In this document: in pieces, positions 30,670 to 41,584 of the stretch | Position numbering within the stretch: the first letter of the stretch is position 1 | Layout of the letters: each line of letters opens with the position of its first letter | Source: Promethearchaeota archaeon Loki_b32 | GTDB lineage: Archaea > Asgardarchaeota > Lokiarchaeia > Sigyniarchaeales > SOKP01 | Assembly (NCBI GenBank): GCA_005223125.1 | Contig: NJBH01000011.1 | Location: 43,570 to 107,569, forward strand | DNA length: 64,000 nt | Direction: 5' to 3' | Translations under genes and position numbers: made by a program | Notes under the pieces: generated by a model | Told to the model about the DNA's origin: nothing | What the model saw: only the letters and a program-made list of their open reading frames with translations | Database searches by the model: none

Positions 30670-32436
30670 ATGTCAGAATGGCAAGTTAAAGAAGATAAAG
30701 CATGGTTTAAAAAATGGTGGCCAAAAAAAACTCCGAAAAATCATAAATTTGAAAAGATTTCATTAGGAGAGTTTTTTGAAAGGCAGAGAGAGAAATATGG
30801 CAATGAAAAGATGATGTGGTTTATTGAATCATGGATGACTTACGAAGAAACTGGACAAGCAATAGATTCCTTAGCAACTTCACTCCATAAATTAGGAGTG
30901 AAAAAAGGAGATGTTGTTGCATTTTTAATGCCAAATTGTTTTCAATACGTAATTAGCTTTTATGCAACAGTAAAATTAGGAGCGATTGCGACTGGTATTA
31001 ATCCTACTTACAAGCCTTTAGAAGTATTACATCAACTTAAAATGACAAATTCAAAGGTTTTAATTACCTTGGACGCATTATACGGAGAATTAGCACGTCC
31101 AATCATGAATAAGGCTAATGTTGAGATGGTTATTTACACAAATATAGCTGATTTAGCTTCAGGTTTATCAGGAATAAAGAAAACATTAGGAAAAATGATT
31201 GGTAAAATACCAAAAGGAAAAGTTGATTTTCCGAGTGCAATTAACTTTATGGATCTTCTTAATACTGAGGGCAATCTTCCAAAAGTGGATTTTGATCCTA
31301 CCGAGCATACAGCTACATTTATTATGACCGGTGGAACTACGGGAGTTCCTAAAGCAACAGTTTTAACACATTTCAACTTAGTGTCTAATGCATATCAATG
31401 TGTTTTATGGGTAGGTGGTGAAGATCCAGGAATAGGTGATATTGGGGCAATTCCATTGTATCATTCATTTGCAATGACAGCAGTTATGAATGCAGCTATA
31501 GGCTTGGGAGGTTGGATGATGCTCTTTCCAAGACCACCACCAACAGGTGAATTTTTAAAAGAAATTACACATATCGATGCTCCAAAAGGTCTTTTTTATG
31601 CGGGTGCTGAAATATTATTCAAGAGGATAGCAGATTTTCCAAATTTAGAAAAGTTTCCGAATTTAATGGGTAGGTTAAAACTCTGCATTTCAGGTGCTGG
31701 ACCTTTGCATGCTCCTGTACAAAAATCATTCCAAGAAAATACTCGTGGAAGAATTGTAGAAGGATATGGGCTTTCAGAAGCAAGTCCTGTAGTAAGTGCA
31801 GGGAATCTTTTCGGTGAGAGCCCAGTTGGAACCATTGGGATGCCAATGACGGGTACGGATTGGGGAATTTTTGATGCAGAAGAATTTGAGAAAGGATCCA
31901 TAGCAGATGGTTCATCAGGGTCAAAATATGGAGAGGAAAATACTGGTGAAATTTGTGTTTGTGGTCCTCAAGTTATGAAAGGATATTTAAACCAACCAGA
32001 AGAAACGGCAGACACATTGAAAAAATGGGATGGTCGATTATGGCTTCTAACTGGTGACATTGGATTTATGAATAAAGATGGAACAATAGCTATAAGAGAC
32101 AGAAAGAAGCAATTAATTAAAGTTGCAGGTCATTCGGTCTTCCCAGCAGAAGTTGAGACCATGCTTATGAGCCATGAAGCAGTTTCCGAAGCTGCTGTTG
32201 CAGGTTTACCCGATCCTAAGGGTAAAGTTGGTGAAATCACAAAAGCATGGGTCGCTTTAAAACCTGAATATAAGGGTAAAATTACCGAAGATGAATTAAT
32301 AGCATGGACAGAAAAGAATATGACAAAATGGAAATGTCCGGCCATCATCGATTTTATTGATGATATACCGAAAAATATTATGGGAAAAATTCAGAGACGC
32401 GTCCTACAGGAAGCAGATCCATTGTTCAAGAAATAA
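30670..32436 (+). CDS. Long-chain fatty acid-CoA ligase (AMP-binding)
   Basis: MTGGTTGVPK, EGYGLSE, TGDIG, DRKK, GKIQRR. Confidence 0.92.
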   Translation: MSEWQVKEDKAWFKKWWPKKTPKNHKFEKISLGEFFERQREKYGNEKMMWFIESWMTYEETGQAIDSLATSLHKLGVKKGDVVAFLMPNCFQYVISFYATVKLGAIATGINPTYKPLEVLHQLKMTNSKVLITLDALYGELARPIMNKANVEMVIYTNIADLASGLSGIKKTLGKMIGKIPKGKVDFPSAINFMDLLNTEGNLPKVDFDPTEHTATFIMTGGTTGVPKATVLTHFNLVSNAYQCVLWVGGEDPGIGDIGAIPLYHSFAMTAVMNAAIGLGGWMMLFPRPPPTGEFLKEITHIDAPKGLFYAGAEILFKRIADFPNLEKFPNLMGRLKLCISGAGPLHAPVQKSFQENTRGRIVEGYGLSEASPVVSAGNLFGESPVGTIGMPMTGTDWGIFDAEEFEKGSIADGSSGSKYGEENTGEICVCGPQVMKGYLNQPEETADTLKKWDGRLWLLTGDIGFMNKDGTIAIRDRKKQLIKVAGHSVFPAEVETMLMSHEAVSEAAVAGLPDPKGKVGEITKAWVALKPEYKGKITEDELIAWTEKNMTKWKCPAIIDFIDDIPKNIMGKIQRRVLQEADPLFKK

Positions 32437-32438
32437 CT

Positions 32439-32461
32439 CTTTTTTTTTATCTTTTTTTTTT
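32439..32461 (+). terminator. Archaeal oligo-T terminator
   Basis: Two T-runs immediately after the acyl-CoA ligase stop. Confidence 0.5.
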
Positions 32462-32545
32462 AAATTTAAACAAAGATTCAAGATATTTAGAATAATCAAT
32501 TGCTAATTTCATAAACTTTTGAAATAATCATTAATTTATTTTTCC

Positions 32546-33841
32546 ATGGAGCCAACAGCTTCTGGACACACCTTCGTTCACTATTTATTTTTCTGGGGGG
32601 GTCAATTATTTTCGATATTAGGCTCCTCTATTATTCGTTTTGTTATCATCTGGTGGATTGCTAAAGAAACCCTAAATCCGATAACAGTATCAATTGCATT
32701 TTTCTTAGGTTCACTTCCAATGGTCATCATCCCACCTATCGTAGGAGTGTTTATTGATAGATGGAACAGAAAAATTGTTATTGCATTAGCTGATTCCCTA
32801 CAAGCGTTTATAACTTTTTTAATAATATTGTTCTTTTTTACCGGTATTGCCAATGTCTGGCTTGTAATAATTATGAATATTTTCCGGGGAATTTGTCAAG
32901 CAATTCATTTCCCTACAGTGAATGCTATTATCCCAATAATGATCCCTAAGAAATATCTAAGTAGAATGAACGCTATTAACTACTTATTCACAGGTGTTAT
33001 TCAAGTAATTGGACCTATAGTAGGAGCAACCTTATTAGCTTTCTTTGAAATTGAGCAAATACTTTGGGCTGATATTTTCACTTTTTTTATAGCAATCATT
33101 CCATTATTATTAATTAAAATTCCCTCGATCCTGTCAAAATCGGAACAAACTAAAAAAGTTTCATATTTTAAGGATTTTAAAGATGGCATAAAGATTTTAA
33201 AGTCCGTTAAAAGTTTTCTTATCTTAATTATATTTATTTCTGTTATTAATCTCTTAAACATGCCCTTTACAACCCAAATGCCATTGTTTGTTTTAATAAA
33301 TCACTCTGGTGGAGAACTTGATTTTGCTCTGGTAAGTGCATTTTTACAAATTGGAATCGTTATAGGTGCTATAATAGCCTTAACAAAAAAACATTGGAAA
33401 CATAAGGAATTAATAATATTATATTCTGTGTTTATTGGAATTGGGGGGTATTTAATTACAACGCTAGCTCCAACAGGTAATTTTCTATTAATGGGCATTG
33501 GTGCATTAATTCATGCTTCCATGATCCCTATAGCAAATACTATGTTTCTTACAATATTGCAAACAAAAATACCTACAGAAACACAGGGTAGAGTCTTTTC
33601 ATTCGTTATTAGTATTGCAGCAGCTGTTACCCCCCTCGGAATGATAATCTCTGGCCCTTTAGCAGTGATTTTTGGAATTAGGTTACTTTTCATAATAGTT
33701 TTGTATTTACAATTTGTAAGTGTTATGGTAATCTGGTTTTTTACTAATCTTAAAAATGTGATACGCACAGAATCTAAAGATGAATCAAGAGAGAAACCAG
33801 AAGAAGTAAGTCTAAGGCCAGAACAAATTGAATTACAATAA
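32546..33841 (+). CDS. MFS transporter (DHA3/MefA-like)
   Basis: GQLFS, GVFIDRWNRK, QGRVFS; ~12 TM. Confidence 0.88.
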   Translation: MEPTASGHTFVHYLFFWGGQLFSILGSSIIRFVIIWWIAKETLNPITVSIAFFLGSLPMVIIPPIVGVFIDRWNRKIVIALADSLQAFITFLIILFFFTGIANVWLVIIMNIFRGICQAIHFPTVNAIIPIMIPKKYLSRMNAINYLFTGVIQVIGPIVGATLLAFFEIEQILWADIFTFFIAIIPLLLIKIPSILSKSEQTKKVSYFKDFKDGIKILKSVKSFLILIIFISVINLLNMPFTTQMPLFVLINHSGGELDFALVSAFLQIGIVIGAIIALTKKHWKHKELIILYSVFIGIGGYLITTLAPTGNFLLMGIGALIHASMIPIANTMFLTILQTKIPTETQGRVFSFVISIAAAVTPLGMIISGPLAVIFGIRLLFIIVLYLQFVSVMVIWFFTNLKNVIRTESKDESREKPEEVSLRPEQIELQ

Positions 33842-33942
33842 TTTTTTATTCATTTAGACCATTAGGCAATAAATTTTAATTAGTATTTTAATTCTTTAAA
33901 AATATCCTAAAAGATTTTTAGTACAATCACTTAATTCTTACA

Positions 33943-35079
33943 ATGACAAGAGGAATCATAATATCAGGTGGCTGGGGAACTCGTTTACGACCATTAACTT
34001 GTACAATCCCTAAATCCTTGATTCCAATAGTTAATAAGCCTGTTATTGAGCGCCAAATCTTATTATTAAAATCCGCGGGGATAAAGGATATTATTTTAGC
34101 TGTGAGTGTAATGAGTGATGTATTGAGAAAATATTTTGGAGATGGAGATAAACTTGGTATAAATATCCAATACACGGATGAAAAAACCCCACTGGGAACA
34201 GCTGGTGCTATTAAGTTAGCGGAAGATTATCTTAAAGAAGAAAACTTTTTTATGTTGAATGGTGATGTCATTTTAAATTTTGATTTTAAAGAATTGATTC
34301 AAGCTCATGCCAGATATGAAGGGTTAGGTGTAATTGCTAGTAAAGTTGTTCCTGATCCGTCAAGATATGGTGTTATAATTGCTGAAGAAAAATCAAACAA
34401 AATTTTAAAATTTCTTGAAAAATCGGAATATACGCCTCCGGACGGAAAGCATATTCCAATGCCTATCAATGCTGGAGTTTATATTTTAGAACCTGACATT
34501 TTTCAATATATTAAACCTAATAAAAAAGTTTCAATTGAACATGATATTTTTCCGATTCTCGTAAGTGAAGAGAAATTGTATCATTATTCTATTCCAGGAG
34601 TTTGGAAAGATATCGGTAAACCTGAAGAATTATTAGAAGGTAATATTCAATTAATGAATGATATGTTAAAAAACCTACAAACGAAAAAAGAAAATTTAAT
34701 TGATGAGAATTTAGATGTTGAGGGTAAAGTTTTAATAAAACCTCCTGTTACTATTGGAGAAAATGTTGTTATTAGAAAAAATTGTCAAATAGGACCAAAT
34801 GTAATAATTGGAGATAAAGTGTATATAGGAGCAAATACAGAAATTAAAGATTCTTTGATTTATAACGAAACGTACATTTCAGAGAATGTCAAATGTGAAA
34901 AAACAATTATAGCAGATAATTGCCTACTTCACGATGGAGTTCAATTAATCGGAAATAATCAAAATTTAGTTATTCTTTCTTCATATGTAGAAGTTTTAGA
35001 TAACATAAAGTTAATTGCTCCTTACAATAACTCACTTGCTATATGTCATCATGAAGTAGTTAGATTGGATGTATCCTAA
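33943..35079 (+). CDS. NDP-sugar synthase (mannose-1-phosphate guanylyltransferase-like) with left-handed beta helix
   Basis: GGWGTRLRPLT...PKSL, PLGTAG, NGD, hexapeptide repeats. Confidence 0.9.
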   Translation: MTRGIIISGGWGTRLRPLTCTIPKSLIPIVNKPVIERQILLLKSAGIKDIILAVSVMSDVLRKYFGDGDKLGINIQYTDEKTPLGTAGAIKLAEDYLKEENFFMLNGDVILNFDFKELIQAHARYEGLGVIASKVVPDPSRYGVIIAEEKSNKILKFLEKSEYTPPDGKHIPMPINAGVYILEPDIFQYIKPNKKVSIEHDIFPILVSEEKLYHYSIPGVWKDIGKPEELLEGNIQLMNDMLKNLQTKKENLIDENLDVEGKVLIKPPVTIGENVVIRKNCQIGPNVIIGDKVYIGANTEIKDSLIYNETYISENVKCEKTIIADNCLLHDGVQLIGNNQNLVILSSYVEVLDNIKLIAPYNNSLAICHHEVVRLDVS

Positions 35080-35341
35080 TTAAAGTGGTTATATCTCTTC
35101 ACGGAGTTTTATAATTATTTCTTTCTTGTATTTGGTTTAACATAGCCCAACAAGCCTTTAGATTTTTAGATAAAAAACTATTTGAAAGATACTAAGGGGG
35201 AATATTTAAAAATTTAAATTAACAAATATAATCTCAGTTCAAAGATAAATATTTATCAAGAAATAGAACTTTAAAGATCGTGAATTAGAGGAAAAAAACC
35301 TAGAAATGGATTTTAGCTAAAATTATGAGGTTTATTTTGAA

Positions 35342-36817
35342 TTGAAAGATTACCGAATTGATGATGATTGGATATTAAATCGAATTTCGGGGCAAAGTAA
35401 TAGTTTTAGTCAATGGCTTTCTAATATAATGAATTCCGTTGAAAAAACTTTAGAAGAAGTACATCCTGAAGCACTTGAAGAATTCAAAAAAGATAAAAAC
35501 TTGGTATCATTCAAAGATTTGGATAAGGAATTAAGCGAAGCACAAAAAGAATTGGATAAGTTAGGATTTTTTGGAAAAAGCATTTCAAACTTTACCACGA
35601 AAATTCTTAGCGGGATTCAAAAACCAATTGAAAAACATATTAAAAAATCTTTAAAGGATATTGAGGGCTTAGATCTTGATTTAGATTTTATAACTGGAAA
35701 GAAAAAAGATTTATCTACTGCTCTTTTTGATGTATCTAAAGAAAGGGGAATAGAATCTGAAGGTTTACTATATCTTATACGAGCTTTACCCGACCTTGAG
35801 GCATTTCTTTATAGTACCAGTGTGAGAAAATATTATCGAGATCATACGGAGCATGCTCTCCGTGTTGCTGTTTTAGGAGATTTTCTTTTAGAACAAGATT
35901 TAGGACAAGGATCTCTAGAAGGCATGATTTCTGAATTAACAGAACTAGACAAGAATTTATTAAAGGATAAATTTTGGTGGATCACGGGGTTACTTCATGA
36001 TATCGGTTATCCTTTAGGAAAAATGACAACAGCAGTTAACTATTCACTTCTTAACCAATTATTAAAGTGTTATCCTACTCTTGATTTAGAATTCATCCCT
36101 TTTGAAATAAATTTAGCATGGAAAGGCGAACAAGAAGAGTATCTGAAAATTATAGAAGAAGGACTTTCTAAAGAAGCTCGTGAATTATTAAGGCAAGGAG
36201 CTGGCTTTAAATATCAAAGCAGTTCTGCTCAAGATATACAGACTTTCTTAAATCAGCCAAATGGACATCCTGAATTTAAATATAAGAACCCTGTAGAATT
36301 AGATCATGGTGTCATTTCTGCGCTTTCTCTTTTGAAGGGTCTTGGAACTCCGCACGAAATTAAACAAAATGATGAATATGTCGGATATATTCTATGTGCA
36401 AGAGCAATGGCATTACATAATTTTAAAGCATCTCTTAAAGACTATGTTTTTAAAGAGCAACCATTAGCATTTTTCTTAATGTTAATAGATGAATTGCAGG
36501 AGTGGGGGAGACCTATTCCTGTTCAAATACGTGATACATATTTTACCACTGAATTGACAAAAGTAACATTGTTAGATGAACTTTTACTTAGTTTAGATGA
36601 ATTTTCATGGTTAATGCAGTTTAAAAATCAACAAGCTAAAGACTTAATGAAATTTAATTTTAATTTATTTTCAAATGATAAGAAAAAAACATTCGGACGG
36701 TTAAAAAGTGGAGACCTGTTTCCTGAAACTACAATCAACCTTCAAGATATTAAAATAATTAAAGAAAAAAAGGAAAAGAAGGAAAACATCATAGCACAAG
36801 ATACAATTATTATTTGA
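35342..36817 (+). CDS. HD-superfamily phosphohydrolase
   Basis: YRDHTEHALRV, LLHDIGYP, LDHG, LHN, DELQEW. Confidence 0.75.
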   Translation: MKDYRIDDDWILNRISGQSNSFSQWLSNIMNSVEKTLEEVHPEALEEFKKDKNLVSFKDLDKELSEAQKELDKLGFFGKSISNFTTKILSGIQKPIEKHIKKSLKDIEGLDLDLDFITGKKKDLSTALFDVSKERGIESEGLLYLIRALPDLEAFLYSTSVRKYYRDHTEHALRVAVLGDFLLEQDLGQGSLEGMISELTELDKNLLKDKFWWITGLLHDIGYPLGKMTTAVNYSLLNQLLKCYPTLDLEFIPFEINLAWKGEQEEYLKIIEEGLSKEARELLRQGAGFKYQSSSAQDIQTFLNQPNGHPEFKYKNPVELDHGVISALSLLKGLGTPHEIKQNDEYVGYILCARAMALHNFKASLKDYVFKEQPLAFFLMLIDELQEWGRPIPVQIRDTYFTTELTKVTLLDELLLSLDEFSWLMQFKNQQAKDLMKFNFNLFSNDKKKTFGRLKSGDLFPETTINLQDIKIIKEKKEKKENIIAQDTIII

Positions 36818-36825
36818 AGTGAGAT

Positions 36826-37110
36826 ATGATTATGGAAAGTATTAAAAAAAATGGTATAACAATATATAGTGCTCTATTTGAACGAAAAAAAGTTGTTGAA
36901 ATCGATGACATTGAATATCCAATTAAGAGATTTTCAAGTGGTATTCGATATGTAGATCTTTTTGGATATAGATACATCGAACAAAATCGCAATAAAAAAT
37001 CAGAATGGGGTAAAAAAGCAAGAGAGGGTCATAAGATCATGTGGGTTATTAAAGGTAGACGCTATATGGCAAGGATAATGGATGGAGAATATGTAGATTT
37101 AAAAAAATAA
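36826..37110 (+). CDS. Hypothetical protein
   Basis: 94-aa ORF with AAGTGA RBS just after the HD gene. Confidence 0.65.
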   Translation: MIMESIKKNGITIYSALFERKKVVEIDDIEYPIKRFSSGIRYVDLFGYRYIEQNRNKKSEWGKKAREGHKIMWVIKGRRYMARIMDGEYVDLKK

Positions 37111-37247
37111 TGTTTAACTCTTTTAATTCTTAGGTTATTTTTTACATAAAAATTGGTCTCCATTTTGTTATTATACTATTATATTCATTTTGTAATTAGT
37201 GATACAAAGAAAATTAGATAATATGGTATTACCTTTTCCATTTCCAT

Positions 37248-37277
37248 AATGGGTGTATTTTTAAAAATATACCCATT
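37248..37277. terminator. 30-bp near-perfect palindrome between convergent genes
   Basis: AATGGGTGTATTTTT/AAAAATATACCCATT, one mismatch, followed by a T-run. Confidence 0.45.
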
Positions 37278-37285
37278 TTTTTCCT

Positions 37286-37885
37286 TTATTCTCCCTTAAA
37301 CTTATCTGATATCAGTTCTAAGTAAGACTTTCTTATAGATTCTTCCTTTTTAATATCAAATATAGTTAAAAATTCAAATAGAACTTCTCTAGAACTGTTG
37401 AGGTTTTCAGCTGATTCTACTAAATATTCAACTTCAATAAAATACTGTTCTAAAATTGGGATGTAATCAATTAACGCTTCGATATGGTAGGTTTGAAATT
37501 CGAATTCAAATAATTCTCTTTCTTTCTTAACAGTAAAAATTTCTTGAAATCCTAATAGCTTTAACATATGTCTTATTTTTTCAATATCTTCTATTTTAAC
37601 ATCAATTTCTTCACGCGTTTTTGTAGTTATATCTATTTTTTTCCCCTTATAGGTTATATAATAATTAATTGTTTTCTCGATGGGTTTGTCAAATTTATCA
37701 ATCTCGACAGATTTCCTCAATCTTAAAGCTTCATCAGTCTCTTTAAAATCTCTTAATCCTTTTGGCATATTAAAGTAAGTGTCTTCATGATATAATGATA
37801 ATTTGTATATACCTCCATGATCCTTAAACTTATTTATCATGACCTCTGGATCTGAGATTTTTACCTTAATTTCTACCTCAATCAC
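37286..37885 (-). CDS. cyaB: CYTH-domain protein (class IV adenylate cyclase-like/triphosphatase)
   Basis: IEVEIK, DTYF, ALRLR, TYKG, REE, VKKER, FIEVE, SYLEL. Confidence 0.88.
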   Translation of the reverse strand: MIEVEIKVKISDPEVMINKFKDHGGIYKLSLYHEDTYFNMPKGLRDFKETDEALRLRKSVEIDKFDKPIEKTINYYITYKGKKIDITTKTREEIDVKIEDIEKIRHMLKLLGFQEIFTVKKERELFEFEFQTYHIEALIDYIPILEQYFIEVEYLVESAENLNSSREVLFEFLTIFDIKKEESIRKSYLELISDKFKGE

Positions 37886-38933
37886 GTTTCTAATATTTAC
37901 TCTGATAACAATTATAATTTATAATTTTTTATTAGTATTAATAGAATGGAATCGAGTTGATATATCTATTTCACAAATACAAGAAGATGCTAGAAAACTC
38001 GCAGAAAAATATGGTTATCTCCCCTATATGGTACAAAGATATATTCAATTCCTCGGGTTAGATGACACATTAAAATTGTTAAAGGCAAATGAGCAACCAC
38101 TAACACCGTCAATCCGAGTTAACACTCTTAAGATATCTGTATTAGAATTAAAAAATCGATTAGAAAAAAAAGGATTTGAGTTAGAGCAAATTGACTGGGT
38201 TCCAAATGGATTTAAAGTAATTAAAGAAGCTTTCAATTTGGGATCTTCACACGAATTCCTACAAGGATATTATTATTTACAAAACATTGCTTCAATGTTA
38301 TCCGCAGTTATTCTCAATCCTAAGCCAAATGACATTGTAATCGATATGTGTGCTGCTCCAGGAAGTAAATCAACACACCTAGCTCAACTCATGGGTAATA
38401 ATGGAACACTCATTTTAATTGATAAAAATAAAAACCGAATTCCTGCTCTAGAAACTAATTTACGCCGAATGGGAATTATTAATTCAATTTTACTTAATAT
38501 AGATGCCATTAATTTACCAAATCTGAATGTTAAAGCTAATAAAATTTTATTAGACGCCCCATGCACAGGAGAAGGATTAATAAGACAAGATCCAAGTAGA
38601 AAAGTTAGTAAAAAAATGAAAGATATTGAAAAAATGGCTCCAATTCAAAAAAAACTATTAAAAGCAGGATTGAACTCATTAAAATCGGAAGGTGTGTTAC
38701 TTTATTGTACGTGTTCAATCGCTCCTGAAGAGAATGAACTAGTTGTAAATGAAGTAGTGGATAAACTAGACAATTTTACTATAAGTGAAATATCTAAGAA
38801 TTACGGTGTGAATGGCTTAACGGAAGTTTTTGGAATTAAACTATTAGAAGATTTAAGATTCTCACAACGCTTGTATCCTCATATTCATGATACTATAGGT
38901 TTTTACTTCTGCCTAATAAAAAATTTAGATTAA
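37839..38933 (+). CDS. RsmB/NOP2/NSUN RNA m5C methyltransferase (true start probably ~37962-37968)
   Basis: IRVNTLK, DMCAAPGSK, LLDAPCTG, YCTCS...ENE. Confidence 0.9.
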   Translation: MTSGSEIFTLISTSITFLIFTLITIIIYNFLLVLIEWNRVDISISQIQEDARKLAEKYGYLPYMVQRYIQFLGLDDTLKLLKANEQPLTPSIRVNTLKISVLELKNRLEKKGFELEQIDWVPNGFKVIKEAFNLGSSHEFLQGYYYLQNIASMLSAVILNPKPNDIVIDMCAAPGSKSTHLAQLMGNNGTLILIDKNKNRIPALETNLRRMGIINSILLNIDAINLPNLNVKANKILLDAPCTGEGLIRQDPSRKVSKKMKDIEKMAPIQKKLLKAGLNSLKSEGVLLYCTCSIAPEENELVVNEVVDKLDNFTISEISKNYGVNGLTEVFGIKLLEDLRFSQRLYPHIHDTIGFYFCLIKNLD

Positions 38934-39366
38934 TTTTTTTTTTGTAGAATTTTAGTCCATATGATTTTATAGGAGAATTTGTATTATTTAATATGTATTA
39001 ATCTTTGAAATTCAACATTTTTCTGTAAAAATGACTTCTATTACTATTTTTAATGAGAAAATAAAAGATAGTATAACAATGTCTAATACTTTAGATAATA
39101 TAGAAGCGATAATCTTAAAGTATGAGTGTACATTTAAAATACTACTTAGAAAAAGATCCTGGTTATTAAGACTTTCAAGAAAATTGTGTCCCACTTCCAA
39201 GATTTTGTTCTTAAAAGAAGATTTATATTTATATTTATTAAGAAACAATCTTTATATAAAAAACACCACCATTAGGAAATTAATAAAACCAGAAATTCTT
39301 AAAGCCCCCGAATTTCGAGTATACTGTTTATATCTCAATTATATAATACAATTGGTTATCTCTATT

Positions 39367-40083
39367 ATGAAAATCCAGATTTTATCTAAGTCTATAGGAT
39401 TCGAGCATCCTAGTGTGAAGAGAGTTATAGAGATAGCTGAGGATATTATGAGTAAGAACAAAATATTAAATGTGGAAACTCTCTACAACGTGGCAAAAAA
39501 AATATTGAAATTACCTAGAAACGGACTCTTATTTATAATACAATTTTTAATAAATAAAAAAATTCTAATTGAAGGTTCAAAATTCTCCAAGGAAACAGTT
39601 CTTTTAAATTCCATTAGAAAAAGTGTTTATAATTATATTAGATTGAACCCGGGAGTACATTTTTCTATTTTAAGAAGAAAGGCGCTATCTGATAAATCAG
39701 GAAGTTCGGGACAATTAGTATGGCATTTAGAAATGTTGCTAAAATTTAACTACATTAATAAAATTAAAGTGGGTAATTATACAGTTTTCCTTCCTTTTGA
39801 TATGTCTGAGGATATTGGAAAATTAATTTTTCTTCTAAGAGATCAAATAACAAATAAAATAGTTCATTTATTAGTTGGTAAGGAAACTTTAGTTAAAGCT
39901 GAGATATATAAACAATTAGAAGAAAAAAGAGAAAATGTCTATTATCGCATTAACAATTTACAAGATCATGATGTAATTGCTATAAGTGAGAGTTCAGATA
40001 AAGAAATATGCTTAAACTCGAATAAAAAGGAGATTATTATTGACATTTTAAAATCATTAAAATTAAATACTGAAAATAAATAA
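39367..40083 (+). CDS. Winged-helix transcriptional regulator (tandem wHTH)
   Basis: RKSVYNYIRLNPGVHFS...GQLVWHLEML; YYRINNL; start placed at MKIQILS because the upstream extension looks non-coding. Confidence 0.7.
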   Translation: MKIQILSKSIGFEHPSVKRVIEIAEDIMSKNKILNVETLYNVAKKILKLPRNGLLFIIQFLINKKILIEGSKFSKETVLLNSIRKSVYNYIRLNPGVHFSILRRKALSDKSGSSGQLVWHLEMLLKFNYINKIKVGNYTVFLPFDMSEDIGKLIFLLRDQITNKIVHLLVGKETLVKAEIYKQLEEKRENVYYRINNLQDHDVIAISESSDKEICLNSNKKEIIIDILKSLKLNTENK

Positions 40084-40108
40084 CGGTGAATTAGGAAGAG
40101 GTATTAAA

Positions 40109-41422
40109 ATGATATTAAATTGGAATATTGAGGTTATTGTTAATTTTCTGGTAGCTGCTGTTGGATTAATTTTTACGATAACTACTTACTATTCTCCACA
40201 AGTTAAGAAAATTAAATCATTATTTTATATTAGATTAGGATTTACCGGTTTTTGGGTTTTCATGCTATTAGATGGATTAGCATTTCTATTTTTGAGTGAA
40301 TTCCTTGGATTAATTAACTGTATAAATATATTTCTCGCAACTATATTTATAATTATTGGTGTAAATTATACAATCAAAGAAACTTTTTATTCTATTGGGT
40401 TAATTATAGCTATTGGCTTAGGCGTACTACTTTTTTATGTGGGAACACAACCTGGTGCTGTTGATATAGAATTACAATCCGGGTATCTAAGAGTGAGATG
40501 GTTGGGATTATTTAATACCTTGGCGATGATATTGAGTGGTGTTGCATTGTATTATTTATTCTATTGGGGAATAAAGACATACAAACATGCACCATTTTTA
40601 ATTAAGAAGGAAGCATCCATATTTTTTATAGGGATTTTAATAGCTTCTCCTTTAAGTCTTACCTTTTATTTCCTTTATATTTTTGAACCCATTTTAATTC
40701 TAGCAAACGCCATAGCCATGTTGGTTGGTGCTATAATCATTACCCTTACAGTTATTAGTGAACCAAAATTGTTATATATATTACCTTTTACAATTCATCG
40801 AATAGTTGTGAAAGATAAAGATGGTCGACCATTATATGATCATGACTGGTCTGAATCGAATATAACTGAAACTATTTTTACTGGATTCTTAAACGCTGTA
40901 CAACTAATGAGTGAAGAGGTAATGCATATAGGAGGATTACTGGATATTCAATTAGAAGAGGGCATTTTAATTTTAAAAGAATCTAATCGAATAACAGTAG
41001 GGCTTGTATCTTCAAAATCATCAAAATTATTAAGAGATTCAGTAATTAAGTTCACTGAAGATTTTGAGAAAAAATTTGACCGTGAATTAAAGAGATCAGA
41101 AACGGAGATGTCTCACTATGATGGAGCATTTGAACTCATAGAAAAATACTTTTCTAACTTTCCTTATAAGATTATTAAAAGTAAAACAGAACCACTATTA
41201 TTGAAGGGAAAGTATTTAAAAATTCCATTAGAATTAGAAACCAAACTCCGAAGTGTATTCCCAGATGATAAAGAATATGAGGCAATTAAAGCTGAATTAT
41301 TGAAAGCTCCCCTTTCTTTCGCCTCTGATTTTTTCAAACTCCATGATGATTTGAAAGATGAGATGGAACGAATTTCAGGTGAAGAAGTTAAATATTTAGA
41401 TGAAAATTATGAGGAAAATTAG
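40109..41422 (+). CDS. 7-TM membrane protein with C-terminal longin-like domain
   Basis: Seven hydrophobic helices, then VKDKDGRPLY...FTGFLNAV...ITVGLVS...FTEDFEKKF. Confidence 0.6.
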   Translation: MILNWNIEVIVNFLVAAVGLIFTITTYYSPQVKKIKSLFYIRLGFTGFWVFMLLDGLAFLFLSEFLGLINCINIFLATIFIIIGVNYTIKETFYSIGLIIAIGLGVLLFYVGTQPGAVDIELQSGYLRVRWLGLFNTLAMILSGVALYYLFYWGIKTYKHAPFLIKKEASIFFIGILIASPLSLTFYFLYIFEPILILANAIAMLVGAIIITLTVISEPKLLYILPFTIHRIVVKDKDGRPLYDHDWSESNITETIFTGFLNAVQLMSEEVMHIGGLLDIQLEEGILILKESNRITVGLVSSKSSKLLRDSVIKFTEDFEKKFDRELKRSETEMSHYDGAFELIEKYFSNFPYKIIKSKTEPLLLKGKYLKIPLELETKLRSVFPDDKEYEAIKAELLKAPLSFASDFFKLHDDLKDEMERISGEEVKYLDENYEEN

Positions 41423-41584
41423 TAATTTTATTTTGAATTTGACTTAAATCGCTTTTTCCATAATTTTAATTTTTTTGTAAAAATTTGGTCCTAGTAATTT
41501 TAAATATCTTGAAGATAAAAAGATTCATAATCTATTTTTATTATTGATTATAGGGGAGATTTGGGCGAAATTCTCCCTTTTAAT

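Noticed and set aside
39031-39366. N-terminal extension of the wHTH ORF
   Set aside because: Low-complexity AT-rich sequence; recognisable domains begin after ATG 39367.
41552-41581. GC-rich hairpin as SECIS or ncRNA
   Set aside because: Short imperfect stem between convergent genes with no SECIS core; more likely terminator-related.
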